Source of the DNA: Azolla caroliniana
Lineage: Eukaryota; Plantae; Polypodiophyta
Reading direction: 5' to 3'
Length of the DNA: 64,000 nt
Assembly: GCA_043228905.1 (NCBI GenBank)
Contig: JBHGNT010000137.1
Location: 1-64,000 of the forward strand
The notes beneath the pieces were generated by a model that was given only the letters and a program-made list of their open reading frames with translations, was not told the origin of the DNA and made no database searches. Shown piece by piece: positions 21,923-36,639 of this stretch. The position numbers and the translations under genes were made by a program. Position 1 is the first letter of the stretch. Every line of letters begins with the position of its first letter.

Positions 21923-24900
21923 CAGTCACCGACAGTTCGGTTTGAACCAAACCGAACCACAAAACCGCGGCTTAACGGCTTTAACGGTTCGGTGCAGGTT
22001 CAAGTTCCGCGTGGATTGAAAAATGAAAACAAATCCCTCCTGGCTCCTCCTCCATAGGAGTGAGATGGGAAATGGGGAAAGCAAAAAAAACATACATTCA
22101 TTCATCAACAATAACTACTACTGCTACTACACACAAGAAGAAATTATGATTATTACACACCAATTAATTACACACTTTCTTTAATTGTTTTTATTTTACT
22201 CAGATGAAATCAAACAGGAGAAGAGCCCCCCCTCTTCTCCCCCAATCAATCAAAAAACCCCTCATTTCTTCCTCCAAAGCTACACTAAGCTTGGGCATGT
22301 TTCCTCATGTATTATTTTTTAAATTTTTTTTTTTTACTTTTTAGCATTAAAAGAAACCATGCCCATCTTCCAAGCTTGGAAGGGCTTGGAATTTATATGA
22401 TGATTTCTGTTATACACCTTCCTTATTTCCTTATACATCATTATGGATTCAAAATAAGACATATAAACTGATCATATATGATGATTGAATTTTTCAAAAG
22501 GGCTTATTGTTATGTAAATATGCATACCTGATTCTTTTCAAATATTCGTTTCCTCATCAGGCTTTCTTTTTCTTGTCCAAGCTGTTCTGGCTTAATAGTG
22601 ATCCCAACGCCTTGTATGTACAAATTTGATAAGGAGTGATTTTTTCAATCAGATCATAATGAAGTTTGCTTTAGCTCACTTCTATGATTAAGTCTACTCT
22701 TCGTTCACTCTTTTATCGTGTTTGGTTGTTTCCAACCCCCCTTTTTCTTTAGGATAGGTAGATGCTGTTGAAATGACTACTCCTTTTGATACCCAATAAC
22801 GTTCATGTGAACTCATACCATCATGATCTCTTTCTTGCGTCTTTCATAGTGTATTCATCGATAGGCTCATCCCATTACACCATATGGAATTCGGCTTATT
22901 TCTTTATTGTGAATTGTATGTAACTACCTTGGCCTTCTTCTCATGTTTTAGTCATGGCTAAATTAAGGGTAGGTTAAGGATACCAAGCCATGTTAGGTGG
23001 ATGACAAATGACTTGTTCCAAGCATTGTCAAAGTGGAAAGGGGTCAAAAAAACTGAAGAGTAGATCAAGCATTAAGTTCAAACATGACAAGACAATTGAA
23101 GAGGAAAGAGAAGTTAATCGGATGCTAAGAAATTTAAAAGAGAAGTGGGGAAAGTTGAGCCCTCGACACTATGCTGCTTTACAACTCAATTGTATAGAAG
23201 TTTGCATTTAGATTTAAATCCAAAAAGGGCTCATAATCAGCTTACATGAGGTAATGAAGTAAAGAGATGAAAACGCCCATCATCACATGGAAAGTACTAT
23301 GCTATCTAAACTTTTGCAAAAGCACAAAATAAACGAAGACACTATGAAATGTGACACAAACATAAATGATCAACACAACTTGGAAGTTGTGACACTATCG
23401 TTAGCAATTAAGTTTCTATTTTTAATCATCTAAAAATTGATTTTGGGAAAGACGTCATGGTAGATGTATGCACTAATTCTGCATTGACTTGTTACGAAGC
23501 AAGAGTTTGGGGTCTCAACTTGGTTGGAGCCCCTAAGTAAAGCAATCTCCAAGTGTATGGCATGCTAATGCATTGTACATGTGTATTAGTATAGTTGCTC
23601 ACACATAATTGATGGCATTTAGGGGAATTGGTGAACAATCAAAGTCTAAGGTCTATTTGTTTCTCTTGCTAATTGATAATATCTTCAAAAGTGACCATTG
23701 AGAAATCTATTGCAAATATAGTTATGCATTCAAGAACAATGTGAATCAATTTCAAGAACTTATGTTTCAAAACCACATATTGTTGAAAAATGGCTTGGAC
23801 GGAATTGCTTGTAAGTTGTACCAATTTGTTGCTCATCCATCTAGTGACTATTGGAATTATTCCCAATTCAAGATTGCATGGAGAAATTAGGGAGAGCACG
23901 ACTCTTGATGAATATGAAATTATCAAGTGGTGTGTTGAAACTAGTGCAATTGATGTTGCATGATTGTGATGTAAGAGTGTGGCATCTTCTCCTATCTCCT
24001 CAACCCTTCTCCACTTCACAAGCTATACTAAACCTTTATAGGGCTTTAAAAAGGTTATGGTCACAATTTATGCTTGTGGCCTAAAAACATTTCAATTCTT
24101 CTTTTTTGCTGACTCCTATTATCAAAAAATGGTTTGGGGAGAAAATAAGCCAGATTGAATCTATAAGAAATTAACCAAATGTTTTTCTAGCATACATATA
24201 TTATTTTATAGCTAATGGCATAAGAGAGGCCTATTTTGTTACATGTTGACCGATGTCCTTTGTTTGTATTATGGATATTCAAACTTGCTTTTAGGTGTAC
24301 TTTATGTTTTTTATTTGATGGCATTAAGAAGCATTTAGCAAAGGAGAAATTCATAACATCCATGAGATAGATGAAATGACTTATCTTGAGGCGGTTGGAT
24401 AATGTTGAAGAAATCGGGTTTGATCACTATAAACAATATGTGAGAACAAGCATTAGCATTTATGCGGGATTGATCTTTTATTCACGACATGCACTTCATT
24501 AGTGAGATTCTTGTTTCTTATAAGGTGTCATTAGATTGTTATTAACAATGACATTGTTTGGTTATGTTTTGAGTCCCACATGATGGCTAAATATCAATCA
24601 TCATATTCCAAAAGTACGATTATGACCCAAGTATAAAGCATATGATTTCCCACCACAAAGTAATCAGGTGCTATCTGAGACTGTGTTGGAACAATATTCC
24701 TATCTCTTGCTTCTATTCTATGAAGCATCCTCAACAATTTTGGAGTGACCACTTTGTGACCAAATATTGTGACGTCATTGACCCTACCACAGATTATTTC
24801 CATTGGCTTTTAGGTTAACCAATGGAGGATTTGGTGTCTTCTCTTGTTCTATAATTAGACACATGTTCCTCTTATTCTACTATCGCTTCAGAGCAACAAT

Positions 24901-25506
24901 CTCGATGAATCATAAGTGAAGAAAACACAACCCACTTTCCTTTCCACTTTAAAGCAACAATCTCTTCATTTTGGAAATTGCTGAACAACATATGGAAGAA
25001 GAAAGCTCTTGATTTGGAAATGGGAAAAGAGCATGGAAGAAGAAATTTCCAGTTCAAAAGCAATGAAGAACCTCTTCATTTTGGCAAACGGAGAAAAGGG
25101 GGCTTTTCTTGGGAGAAGAATACGTACACCCTAGGGAGAGAGTTGCTGGACCATCATTCCAAGATGAATGGCTGCAAAACATGGTCATGACAACGAATCT
25201 GGGAGGCAAGACGTGTGTCGAAAAGGCTATCATAGGTCGAAGGGGAGCATTGGGGGATTGACAATGTGTGTTTTGGGAGCACCCATCCCCCCTCCCCCCC
25301 AAAATCCTTCTCCTTTTCTCTAGCAGGCGGTGGTGTTGACGAGCCCGTGTAATTCATACACTAATTAGCAATACCAACGATGATACGATCCCGAGTTATC
25401 GAAGATGTAACCACATGAATGAATGAATGAATGAAATGAATGAATACATACATAATATAAGCACAAGGATATATCTTCTTCCTTCTTCTTTTTAGTTCTC
25501 TCCATA

Positions 25507-25543
<37 letters not shown>

Positions 25544-26021
25544 CAGAGACAGAGACAGAGACAGAGACAGAAAACACAGAAACTGAGGGAGCTCCCGTCT
25601 CTCAGCTGCTGCTCTCTGCACGACCCCCTCCTCCATCTCTTCCACGCATCGAGTAATCAATCGTACTTGGAATAATAAACCCTTGTCTGCAGGATTCGCA
25701 TCTCCCGGGTCCCCCCTTCCCCCTTCCCATCTTTGTTCCCCCCTTTTACTTCCCCTGCCTACAAGTGTGGCGCGCCTGCCGCCATCATTGCTGCTGCCAT
25801 CTAATGCACATAGGTAAGCGAATTGCGTGAAGAATCAAATCTCTCTACCCTCTCTTTCTCTTTCCTGACAAGAAAATGTTCATGCCACTTAGTCACCTGC
25901 TGGCTTATGGTCAGGGTGGATGCACATACATATATGCATTTGTTTATATAGATCTTTCGTTTTTTGTTTTTCTCTCCGTAGTACCTCTCCAAAGAGAAGA
26001 GAACAGATTTAGACGAGAAAG

Positions 26022-29000
26022 ATGCACAAGAACAAGCTGCAAGAGCTAGCTCAACGGAGGGGGCTGAACTTGCCCTCATATTCGTGCGTGCGCCAGGGTC
26101 CTGACCACGGCCCTCGCTTCCGGGCCACTGTATCCTTCAATGGTGAATCTTTCGAGAGCCCACATTTCTACAGCAGCCTAAGGCAAGCAGAACATGCAGC
26201 TGCTGAGGTTGCCATCAATGTCTTGTCCAACACCGAAGGTCCCAACCAATCCCTCACCACACAAATTCTGGTATGATATATGCCCACCTGTACATACATC
26301 ACATCATCTTTTCTATATTTTCTTTTCTTAATAATAAATTTATTTAATCTTCTATTAGGATGAGACAGGTGTTTGCAAGAACATACTGCAAGAAACAGCC
26401 CAAAAGGCAGGGATTAAGCTGCCTGTCTACTCTGTTGAGAGGTATGGTCCAGGGCATATGCCTGCCTTTGTGTCCATGGTGGAGCTGGCAGGGATGAGCT
26501 TTGCTGGGGAGCCTGCAAAAAGCAAGAAACAGGCTGAGAAGAATGCTGCCATGGTAGCTTGGGCCTCTTTGAAGCAACGTGAGTAAAACAAACTTTTCTT
26601 GCTGTGCGAAATAAAATCACAGTCTTCTTTCTATCTTCTTAGAATGTACTAAATCGAATTCTCTTAAGAAACACAACACAACATAAATACTGATATCTGT
26701 TTAATGTGTGTTCTTAATATCTGTATTTATGTTTGAATTTCACAAGTTTAACAATTTTGAAATTCCAATACATATATCTCTGCCATGTGAGAAAAGCTGT
26801 TAATAGCAACAACGGAACAGTTAGAACAAAATAGACACAGCCAAGCTGTGAGAAGGCTGTTATACAGCAGTAGAAAAAATGGTTGCAAAGAGTAGAGCTT
26901 GTTATTAAGTAGCAGCAAAAGTAAATGTCTTTACAAAAGAGGCTGGTAAAGCCGATTTATACAAAATTGGGGAAAGTGGGTGAAATTGTTGTTTGGTAGT
27001 GAAGTGACGCTTGTACTACCAAACAAGTGCAATAAACTAGGACTAAGAGGGAATATCTTGGAAAAAGTGGAAGAGAGAAAAAGCATTTAAAGCGTTGCAG
27101 ATTCTAGACAAAGAAGGCATTTAAAGAGTTGTAGATTCTAGAGAGAAGAATCTAGGAAGAGAGAGAATTTAGAACAGAGATAATAAAGATGAAAGAGAGT
27201 GCAGGTTTGGAGTTGCCACCCTCCAACACCTCCTCTCAGCTCTAGAATGGCGGTCCAACATTGAGTCGACCGAGGAGCTGATCAATGGCTTTCCTTGGAA
27301 GTGGCTTAGTAAATAAATTAGCCACATTTTCTTGAGTAGGGCAATATGCCAAGTTGATGACTTGTGATTTCACTAATTCACGAACAAAATGGTAGTGCAC
27401 TTCGATATGTTTTGTTCTACCATGAAATGCTGAGCTATGTGTCGGTGAAAACTGCAATAGAAGAGTCACTTCCAATGTGAGAAAACAATTGCATTACCAT
27501 AGCAACTCACAGCAAGTATCCAAGGAGGCGCGATATTCAGCTTCTGTCGATGAAGTAAAAACTGAGTTTTGCTTCTTCGATTTCCAAGAAATCAAGCCTA
27601 AACCTAACATAAAACAATAGCCAAAGGTGGACCTTCTAGAATCAATATCACCAGCCCAATCAGCATTTGAGTAGCAAACAAGCTCAATGCTGCCTCTAAA
27701 AGACAGACCATAGTCGAGTGTGTTGGCCAAATACCGAAGAACTCGAATGGTTGCTTGCCAATGACTTTGTCTTGGAGCATTTGAGAATTGGCTGAGAATA
27801 CTCACGCTATAGGACAAATCAGGCCTGGTGTAAGTTAAGTGAAGAAGGGACCCAATTAACCTTCTATATTTCGTGATATCTTCAAATATGGGAGAATTGT
27901 CTTCACGAGATAGCTTTGAGTTTGGATCCATTGGACAGGAGAGTGGCCTGCAATTTGACATGCTATAGGTCTCAAGGAGCTGCCTGAGATACCATGACAT
28001 CCATTTGAAAAATGGGCCATTTGTTATGAGTAGCAAGTGCAAGCGCACATGGAATAGAGGTGTACCTTGTTGTTGGAGCAAAATTTTCCTCGTAATACAC
28101 TCCGTTGACTTGTGAGTAGCCGTGTGCAACTAAACGTGCCTTGTGCTTATCCAAAGTACCATCAACATGGTACTTGGACTTGAAAATCCATTTCAGTCCA
28201 ATGACTTGTCGATGTTGAGGCCGTGGAACTAGCTCCCATTTATGATTTCGCTCAATGGAATCAAGTTCAACTTCCATTGTTGGTTTCCACTTTGGAAGAA
28301 CAAGGGCCTCTTTTGTTGTTGTGGGTTCTTGTGATTGCACAACAGTGCACAGTAAGGCAAAGTTGCATGAGTGAAGAGGCCGTTGTGACTTACATGTTCT
28401 TTTCTTGTTGGTTGGAGGACCAAATGTATACTCATGAAGTTCAACATCGGAGAGATGAGAATCACGAATGGTGGCTTGAAACCACTTGGGAAGTGGTGGA
28501 AGCTGGTTTGTAGAGGGAGGGGAAACAAGTGGACTGGTTTGAATTGTTGGCGAAGTTAGAGATTGAGTAGGAGGAGATGGGGGGCTTGAAGGTGAGACAT
28601 GTTCGTTTAAAATAGGAGATTCCGGAGGAGCTAGGATTTCAACCGTGAACTCAGGTAAAATCCTAGAGTCATCTGGCTGAGAATCCACAAAATGAACATC
28701 CCTAGAGATGACTAGGGACTTTGATTCTAAATCCCGTAACCTGTAGGCTTTAGATTGTGTGTTGTAACTAAGAAATTTGCATTTCTTGGTTTTGGACTCA
28801 AATTTAGTCCTTTTATGATCTGAAATGTGAACATAAGCATCACAACCAAATACTTTAAAATGAGTTACTGAGGGATTTACACCTGTAAATGCTTCTGTAG
28901 GGGTCATTGCAACAACTGCTTTTGTTGGGCAGTAGTTGATGATGTAGACTGCTGTGTTGACAGCTTCACCCCAAAACGAGAGAGGAAGATCAGATTGAGA

Positions 29001-32000
29001 TAGCATTGTACGAGCCATCTCTTGGACTGTCCGGTTCTTCCTTTCCACAACTCCATTTTGTTGAGGATTATTGGGTGTAGAATTGGCGAGCAATGCCTCG
29101 TTGAGAACAGAAATGGTGGAAAGCTTCGGAGGTAAACTCTCCACCATTGTCCGACCTGATCTTTCAAAATTGCTTTGATGTATTATTCTCCACAAGAGCT
29201 ACCCATTCTTGAAATTTTGTGAAGGCTTCAGATTTTTGTACAAGAAAATAAACCCAAACCTTGCGGGAGAAATCATCAATGATGAGCATAAAGTAGCGTG
29301 CACCACAAAGAGTAGTGGGTTTCATGGGACCACAAAGATCCATGTGCACTAACTCCAAGATAGATGTTGCATGGTGAGTGGATTCATGAGGGAAAGGCTC
29401 TCGATGTTGCTTGCGATGAAGACAAGCAACACATGGGGTATTGGGAGTTTTGAAAATAGGAAGACCCTCAACTAGTTGTGAAGAGGAGAGCTTTTGTATA
29501 GAATCGTAGTTGAGGTGACCAAACCTAGCATGCCACAACGTGTGATCTTCTTGTGCCACCAAGGCATGAGAACCTTGAAGAAGATGGAGAAGATGAGATT
29601 TAGATTTTTCCAAGGGGCTATGGGAGCTTTTTAGGCGATATAAACCCCCTTCTTGTGTGCCACTAGCTACAATTTGTAGGTTGTTGGTGTCAATGACTTC
29701 CAAAACTGAGCTATCAAAGTAGACTCCATAAGCTTGCTTAGTGATTCGGTAGACTGAAAGTAGGTTGGCAGAGATGTGAGGCACATGTAGCACATCTTGA
29801 AGAATGGCAGGTTTGTCATTTGAAGAAGTGTTAAGAAACACATTACTCACACACGGAGCCTCAATGCTTGAGGCATCTTCTATGGAGATTTGGGAGGAGC
29901 TAGGCCTCACATCATGCAAAATGGATTTGTCATAAGTCATGTGTGTAGTGGCACCACTGTCTACTAACCACTCATCAATGGTTGAGGTAGTTGTTCCAGA
30001 CAAATGTGAAGAATGTTCCTCAATGCCAAGGAAAACCGTTTCTTTGGCTGAGTGGACCGAGTTTGATTTTGGTGTAGGTTGACTTTTGGTTGAAGAAGAT
30101 TTCTTGGCATTGTTCCTTTCCTTTTCTGACAGTTGGGCTGAATGTGACCTTTGTAGCCACAATAATGACAGGTAAGCTCCTTGTAGGTTGGGTTGTTTGG
30201 TGGTCTTGGATTGGGTTTGTTGTAGGAATTACCATTTTGCTTCCACTTGCCTTTACTTTTCGCATGTAGAAGCATGTCATTGGAAGTTTGAGCACTTTTC
30301 TTCCTTGTTGCCCTGTCTTGTAGCAGGCCAAGAAATGTATTCATATCAGGTGTGTTGGGAAGAAGAGAAATTGTGTCACAAAAGGCTGAGAATGACTCAG
30401 GGAACTTTATCATTAGACGATGCACAAACTCAACTTCGGTTGACTTGCTTCACAAGGAAATTAATTCCTGTTACGTGATTTGATCCATGATGTTTGGAGT
30501 GTCATGAATCTTGAGATTTGCTAGTTGGCTCTCAACAACTATCATTTGAGCATGATTAGCTCTATGATACCTGGTTTTGATGGCTGCCCATAGTTCATTG
30601 GCTGTCTCTTCATCCGTGTCTTGAAATTGATGAGCGATGCTCGGTTTAATATTAAACATGAGGAAAGCATGAGCACGAGAATCCTTATCGAGCCAAGCTT
30701 CAATCTCAGATTTAGATGAGCCAGCAACTGATTTGGGTGAAGAAGATGAAGTTACCGGTGGTTTCTTCTCACTACCATTGACTACATTCCATAGACGATG
30801 GTACTGTAGCAAGGTCTTTATCTGCAGTTCCCAATCCAAGTAATTGTTCCTATCCAAGATGGATTCTTTGGGGAGTTGGGGAATGGTTGATGAAACAATG
30901 GTGGCAAGTGAGGCCATGGATATCGTCCTCTTGAGCTACAACTGGACAATTTACAGCAGCTGTAAGTAGATGTGCAGGGTCTTTCTGCTTCTCCCTAGAT
31001 GCTAGGTGAGGCTCAAATGAGTGGAAAAGAAAACAGAAGAACCTCCTTTGTAGGTTGGGATGGTGGCTGCTAAGAGAACCTCCTCTAGAGGATTGGGAGG
31101 GAGGGATAAAAGAAGATTGGTTTGTGTGCTCTTTGGCAAAAAAATCAGGCTGAGGATATGGAGAACTCACTGCTCTGATACCATGTGAGAAAAGCTGTTA
31201 ATAGCAGCAGCGGAACAGTTAGAACAAAATAGACACAACCAAGCTGTGAGAAGGCTGTTATACAGCAGTAGAAAAAATGGTTGCAAAGAGTAGAGACAGC
31301 CAAAGAATAGAGCTTGTTATTAAGTAGTAGCAAAAGTAAAAGTCTTTACAAAAGAGGCTGGTAAAGCCTATTTATACAAAATTGGAGAAAGTGGGTGAAA
31401 TTTTTGTTTGGTAGTTAAGTGACTCATGTACTACCAAACAAGTGCAATAAACTAGGAATAAGAGGGAATATCTTGGAAAAAGTGGAAGAGAGAAAAATCA
31501 TTTAAAGCGTTGCAGATTCTAGACAGAGAAGGCATTTAAAGAGTTGCAGATTCTAGAGAGAGAAGAATCTAGGAAGAGAGAATTTAGAACAGAGATAATA
31601 AAGATGAAGGAGAGTGCAGGTCTGGGGTTGCCACCCTCCAACATGGCATTGGATTATACAAACTTATTAATATTGGGGTGAATATTAGGATATAATATAC
31701 TTTGTGCATCACATTTGTGGGTTTTGCATTTACATACCTTATGCACTTTGGATGGAGACAGACAGGAGAAGTGGGAATGCCATCACTATATATTTAGCAT
31801 TACCTCGTGCTTGGAAACTGTGTTGCATTGCAAAAAAGAAAAGATTTTTTCTAACCAATATTGTTTTTTACTGCAATATTCATCAGCCAAAATAGGAAAT
31901 GGTGAAGATAGATTGAATTTTGTAGTAAAGTTTGCACTAAAGACATTTTAAGTATGAACTATAGACCAAAGAAATTGCAATTCAGAAAGAAACAAAATAG

Positions 32001-35000
32001 GAGATGTTCTCTGTTTCTATTCCGTTGCTGTTCTCCATGGTTATGCATAGAGATGATTGTACTTAGGAAAGAGGGTTAATAAGACATAAGAAAGTTACAC
32101 AGGAAGAGGTAGAAGAAAGCTATAATGCAAACAATATGTATAGGTGTTAGGATAGCTGTTACGTGATGGCAAAAATAGAGTTTCCAGCCCCCAAGAAATC
32201 AGCACTTCATTATATAGGCAGGTAGTTTAAAATCTGGAATTTAAAATACAAAACTTAAAACACTAACATTAAAACATTTAATAGGAATCATATCCAGAAA
32301 AATACAATAAATCATAAAGCGTAATACACCAGATATTAATTAGTATATAATATAAGCATACCGGTACTGAAATAGAAGTACCATGCATGTTTCTGAAGAT
32401 TCAAGGAGTTCAGGATCCAGAATGCATAAATATAAAATATGAGGTATCTATAATAATTAATAGCCATATATGTCTGAGACTGTAGGCATTATACGTGAAT
32501 TCTTCATCACTTTTCAAGTGAGACTTCATTGAAAACAAACAGCAAGAAAAGAAAATGAAACTGATAGGTAACCTCAGACAAACAACAGATAAAAACATTG
32601 GGTAAAGGATGCTAAAGGAGCTGTGGGCAGCAAAACAAGATAAAATTTAAGGCACATTTAGATATGTATTGGTTCCCCACCAAAATTATCAAAAAGATTC
32701 AAAACACATACAAAACTTGGAAAAAAACCTTCACTAACAGCATCTGGAAAAGACATCCAGGCTTTTTTGGGTTGCAAGATACATCCATTGGTTGCAACTG
32801 TGCCTACAAGATTGAGTTCTGAGGTAACAAATGATAGTTGAAGGCCTACACGGTTAATATTGCAATGAATCTCCACAGTTTATTTGTGGTGTTCTCCTAA
32901 TACCAACATGCTCCATGTCTAAGGTTCAAAGTGATCGTCTTTAACATTTATTCTGTCCCTATACAGCTTGTATGATTTGAAAACGCTAGTCCCTACCATT
33001 GGACATGTCAAAAAACAACTCAAATATAAAGGATTGATAGCCATCACATTCAGCAGATCTGGAATTTAAAATTTTCAAACAATTAAGTCTTAAACAGTCC
33101 AGGAAACATACAGTGATTGATAAACATCTCAGAGACTCCACATTTCTTTTTATAAATAAAGGATGAGGTTTGCAAAGATTATTCCATTATTCAAAAACTA
33201 TTATTAAAACTACGAAGGTCTATTTTACTATTAATTCAGGTGTCAGGAACTTCCTCACGATATTGTTAGTGAACAGGTCCCCAAGTTTTTTGACCATTCA
33301 CATTTTTACTGTGTTGCCATGAAAATCAATATTTTTTGTGTAGGAAGGGTTCAATTCAAGAAGGGACTTATTCAAAAAATACATTCTAATATACTTGCAC
33401 TCCTCCAAGATTTCTGATCAGGAAGAATTCGGATCCATTGGATTGTATTTGAGATTAGCAAGCACATGTGGAAGCTTGTTAATGCTTCATCTAAACTCGA
33501 GATTTTCATCTTGAAACTCCTTGTAAAACATATTATTAGGAGGAAATGTGATGGACACAGGAATTTGAATGATAATAATAATGTTATATCCAGTGCCCAG
33601 AAAGTTCTAATCTCCTTTGGTTTTTGACAAGGTTCTAACCTTTGATTTCATATTGACATTATTTACTTTCAGAAGGTTCTAAGTTCCAATGTCCTCATAA
33701 GCATCATAAATAACCTAGAACATGAAGGAGAAGTTGGAACAAATGTTACATTTACATTTGCCGCAATATTGAAAATGTCTTTTAATGACTTTTAAAATGC
33801 AATTTAAAGTCTTGGCGGACACTTGTGTACCAAGCGCACACATGTCAGTGATGGATATTAAATTAACCCAGGGATATTTCTTGAGCACATTTTCTAACTC
33901 GTGCTCTGGCCAGGTACCTATCCCAGTGGGTTACCTTGATAGCCGCAAATATAAGTAGAATTTCTTCTCTTATCTACATAGATTTTCTATCTGGTCGACT
34001 ATAAGGCTCACACAAGACAATCATACTCATAATATGGGACTTGCACTAAATTAAAGGACATCCTAATTGCTGGGGTGATCACATTTCAGCCACTGAGAAG
34101 AATTATATTTGAGTGATCTCTAAATATTTAGACAAGTGACCTTTATTGCCAAAGTTTGGATTTGAAGCATCCGTATGAAGGTAACATAATGTATGTGATT
34201 CAAATATAGATATTGTTCTTTATTGGATGTGTTTGTTTAAATGATCTTAGAAGCAACCTTATTCTTTCTGATAAATGCAGTGTTCCTCTACCTACAAGCG
34301 GAAGATACTATGTATTATTTTGGTATTTTTTATGGTTTTTATTTGCAAATATTTTTGTATGGAATGGTTCTGGCACAATTTCCTATTCATAGTATCCTCA
34401 TTCAATTCCTCTTCCTTTTTCACATATAGATGTTTGTAGATGGATATTGTAATTTATAATTTTATACAGAGCAATTATGTTCTCTTCTTCAGTAGTAAAG
34501 CTGACGATTGTGCTTTTTGATTTAATGTTCCTCTGTGGAGGTACTTGCAAAATGACATTTTTGTATTATTCCTCATATGTATGAAATAGCATATGGGGAT
34601 TTGTAATATTTTACATCACAACATTTATGACATTCTGATTGTCATAGATGTTGATGACATTGTTGCACATACCGGTATCTCATTATGCGAATATAGTGAT
34701 GGTGTCTGAAGTTGAAAAGTTTTATCATGCAGTTGTGCAGGGTCCCAAATCATCAGAGCAGGATTTATCAGATACAAATGAAGAACAGTTACAGAAACTC
34801 ATTGCACAGGCTTTACTGAATGCTCAAAAGGACAGTGATGCACAGATATCACAACCACTACCACCACCATCACAATCTCGGACTGAGATCCCCAGGGCCG
34901 AAACAAAACAACGTGTTCGAATAATTCCTCTGTTACAAAATTCTGAAAAAGGAACGGGCCATTCAAATGATTGTCTGAATGAAAATAAGGGGTCATATGG

Positions 35001-35523
35001 TCATGCTTTTGATCGTCAGAACATAATGAGCCGTGAGAAATCATGTGCAGCTAGCGGATGGGTTGTGAACCAGCCAAGTGGAATGGTTAGTCAAGTACCA
35101 TTACAAATCCATGGAATGCCCTTGGTTCTAGGGCCAGAGTCCCATGTTACAGTTTTCTCAACGAATCAAATGCAGCGTGACTATGAACAAAACAACTGGT
35201 TCCAAGCATGTCCATCTACAGTCATGCTAGTTAATAACGGTAATGATCTTAATGTATCAGACACAGGCTTCCCCTTTGTGCCCACAGCATATAACCAGAT
35301 GATTGTGGCCCCTGGGAACCACCATTGGATGGGTATGCTACCCCCTGCACCTCAGGTTAATCCTCATCCTCCAACATTCAAACCCGCCTTGTCATTGGCT
35401 CCACGAGTACGTGTTCGTCGAGCAGTGCCTGTTTGCTCTGCACCACCACCACTTCCTGAAGAGGACATCACTGAGACAAAAGAAGCAGCATCACTACAGG
35501 CTCTAAATCAGCTCAGACTTTGA
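26022..35523 (+). CDS. DRB2: Double-stranded RNA-binding protein, DRB2/3/5 clade; join(26022-26270,26359-26578,34733-35523), 419 aa
   Basis: dsRBD1 MHKNKLQELAQR ... LRQAEHAAAEVA; dsRBD2 DETGVCKNILQETAQKAG ... KKQAEKNAAMVAW; C-terminal APRVRVRRAVPVCSAPPP; GT-AG sites with consistent phases (0 and 1). Probable 5'UTR intron 25814-25981. Confidence 0.9.
26786..31643 (-). mobile_element. Ty1/copia element in the DRB intron (LTRs 31643-31184 and 27228-26786), decayed and internally deleted
   Basis: Paired LTRs; near-TSD TGCCA/TGGCA; PBS TGGTATCAGAGC at 31183-31172; PPT at 27229-27240; gag CHYCGYKGH, PR WLVDSGATTHM, IN HARFGH/VHMDLCGP/QQNGVVERKNRT, RT HKARLVAHGYSQ, RNase H ADWAGDIDSRRST/TKHIEVHYHFVRE. 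Confidence 0.95.
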
Positions 35524-35956
35524 ATACCCAGCGTATCAAATACTTTAGGCCGAACATTCAAAGCAGGACATTTTTTGTGGACACCATCATGGGACTAAAA
35601 CAGTTAAAAGCCGAACAAGTTTAGCAGTTTTTGGACATGACACGTACGTTATGAAGGATTCTACACAGCTCAGCCATAATGTGTGGTTGAAGGTTTTACA
35701 ATGGCATGAGGATTATTGCTAGAACTGTATATGTTACTGACACTCTCTGAGAATAAAATCTCGCAATGTATGTAAAAGCGCTTTTTTCTTTTAATATAAA
35801 TGGTTATGGGCGTAAGTTTTTGCAAGGCTACTAATTTATTTTGGAGATCTCATCATAAGTAAACCACCTAAGAACATGTTAAAAGAAAGAAAAATGAGTG
35901 CATTGTATTATTTGTATCCTTCCCTTGTCTTTGAATTGGGCAATTCAAAAATTCTT

Positions 35957-36330
35957 TTATAGACAAAAAGAAATTAGTCAGATGAGGTTTAGGATTTCAC
36001 TATTAGCACTTAATGACATATAATAAATGAGGTTTATTGCTTATCATGTATAACTTTAATAGCAGCTGAAATATATCCCATATATTGGAGGAAATGAGAA
36101 ATCATGATAATGGATTGTGTTCTATGTTTTATCGAATCAGTAAATGAGGTGATTCAAAATTTCTCTTACAGATGAAAAGAAATTAATCAGATGAGGTTTA
36201 GGCTTTCCCTATTAACACATCATAGCATATTATTGAATAAGGTTTATTGCTTATCCGCATTGATATTTACCATGTAATGAATGAAATGAGAATGCACGAT
36301 AATGAATCATGTTTTATGCTTTTGTGATCC
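35957..36330. repeat. Diverged ~210-bp tandem duplication
   Basis: Two copies of AAAAGAAATTA.TCAGATGAGGTTTAGG ... AGGTTTATTGCTTATC. Confidence 0.7.
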
Positions 36331-36639
36331 AATTTTGGCAATGATTGCTGTTTTCGGAAATTTTGATGCCTTTATCACTACTCAAACAGGTTTGAAACTG
36401 AAATATCATCTGTTTTTATGTGCTGAGATGAAAATCACTACTCTTAAGACTTGTCGATAAGGAAACTAGTCCCTATGCACTATGTTGTGTGCAGTGGAAA
36501 AACTGGGTATTTCTGAGGTCGCCATTACTCTTTACGATGGTCAATAAATTTATGTTCATTATACACTGTTTGTTTATAGTTCTGATTCTATAACCATTTT
36601 ATAGTTCTGATCGAATCAATTTACTGTATGCAATAAATG

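Noticed and set aside
34648-34732. Independent gene starting at ATG 34648
   Set aside because: The ORF is the last DRB exon; the acceptor at 34732 matches the phase and homology resumes there.
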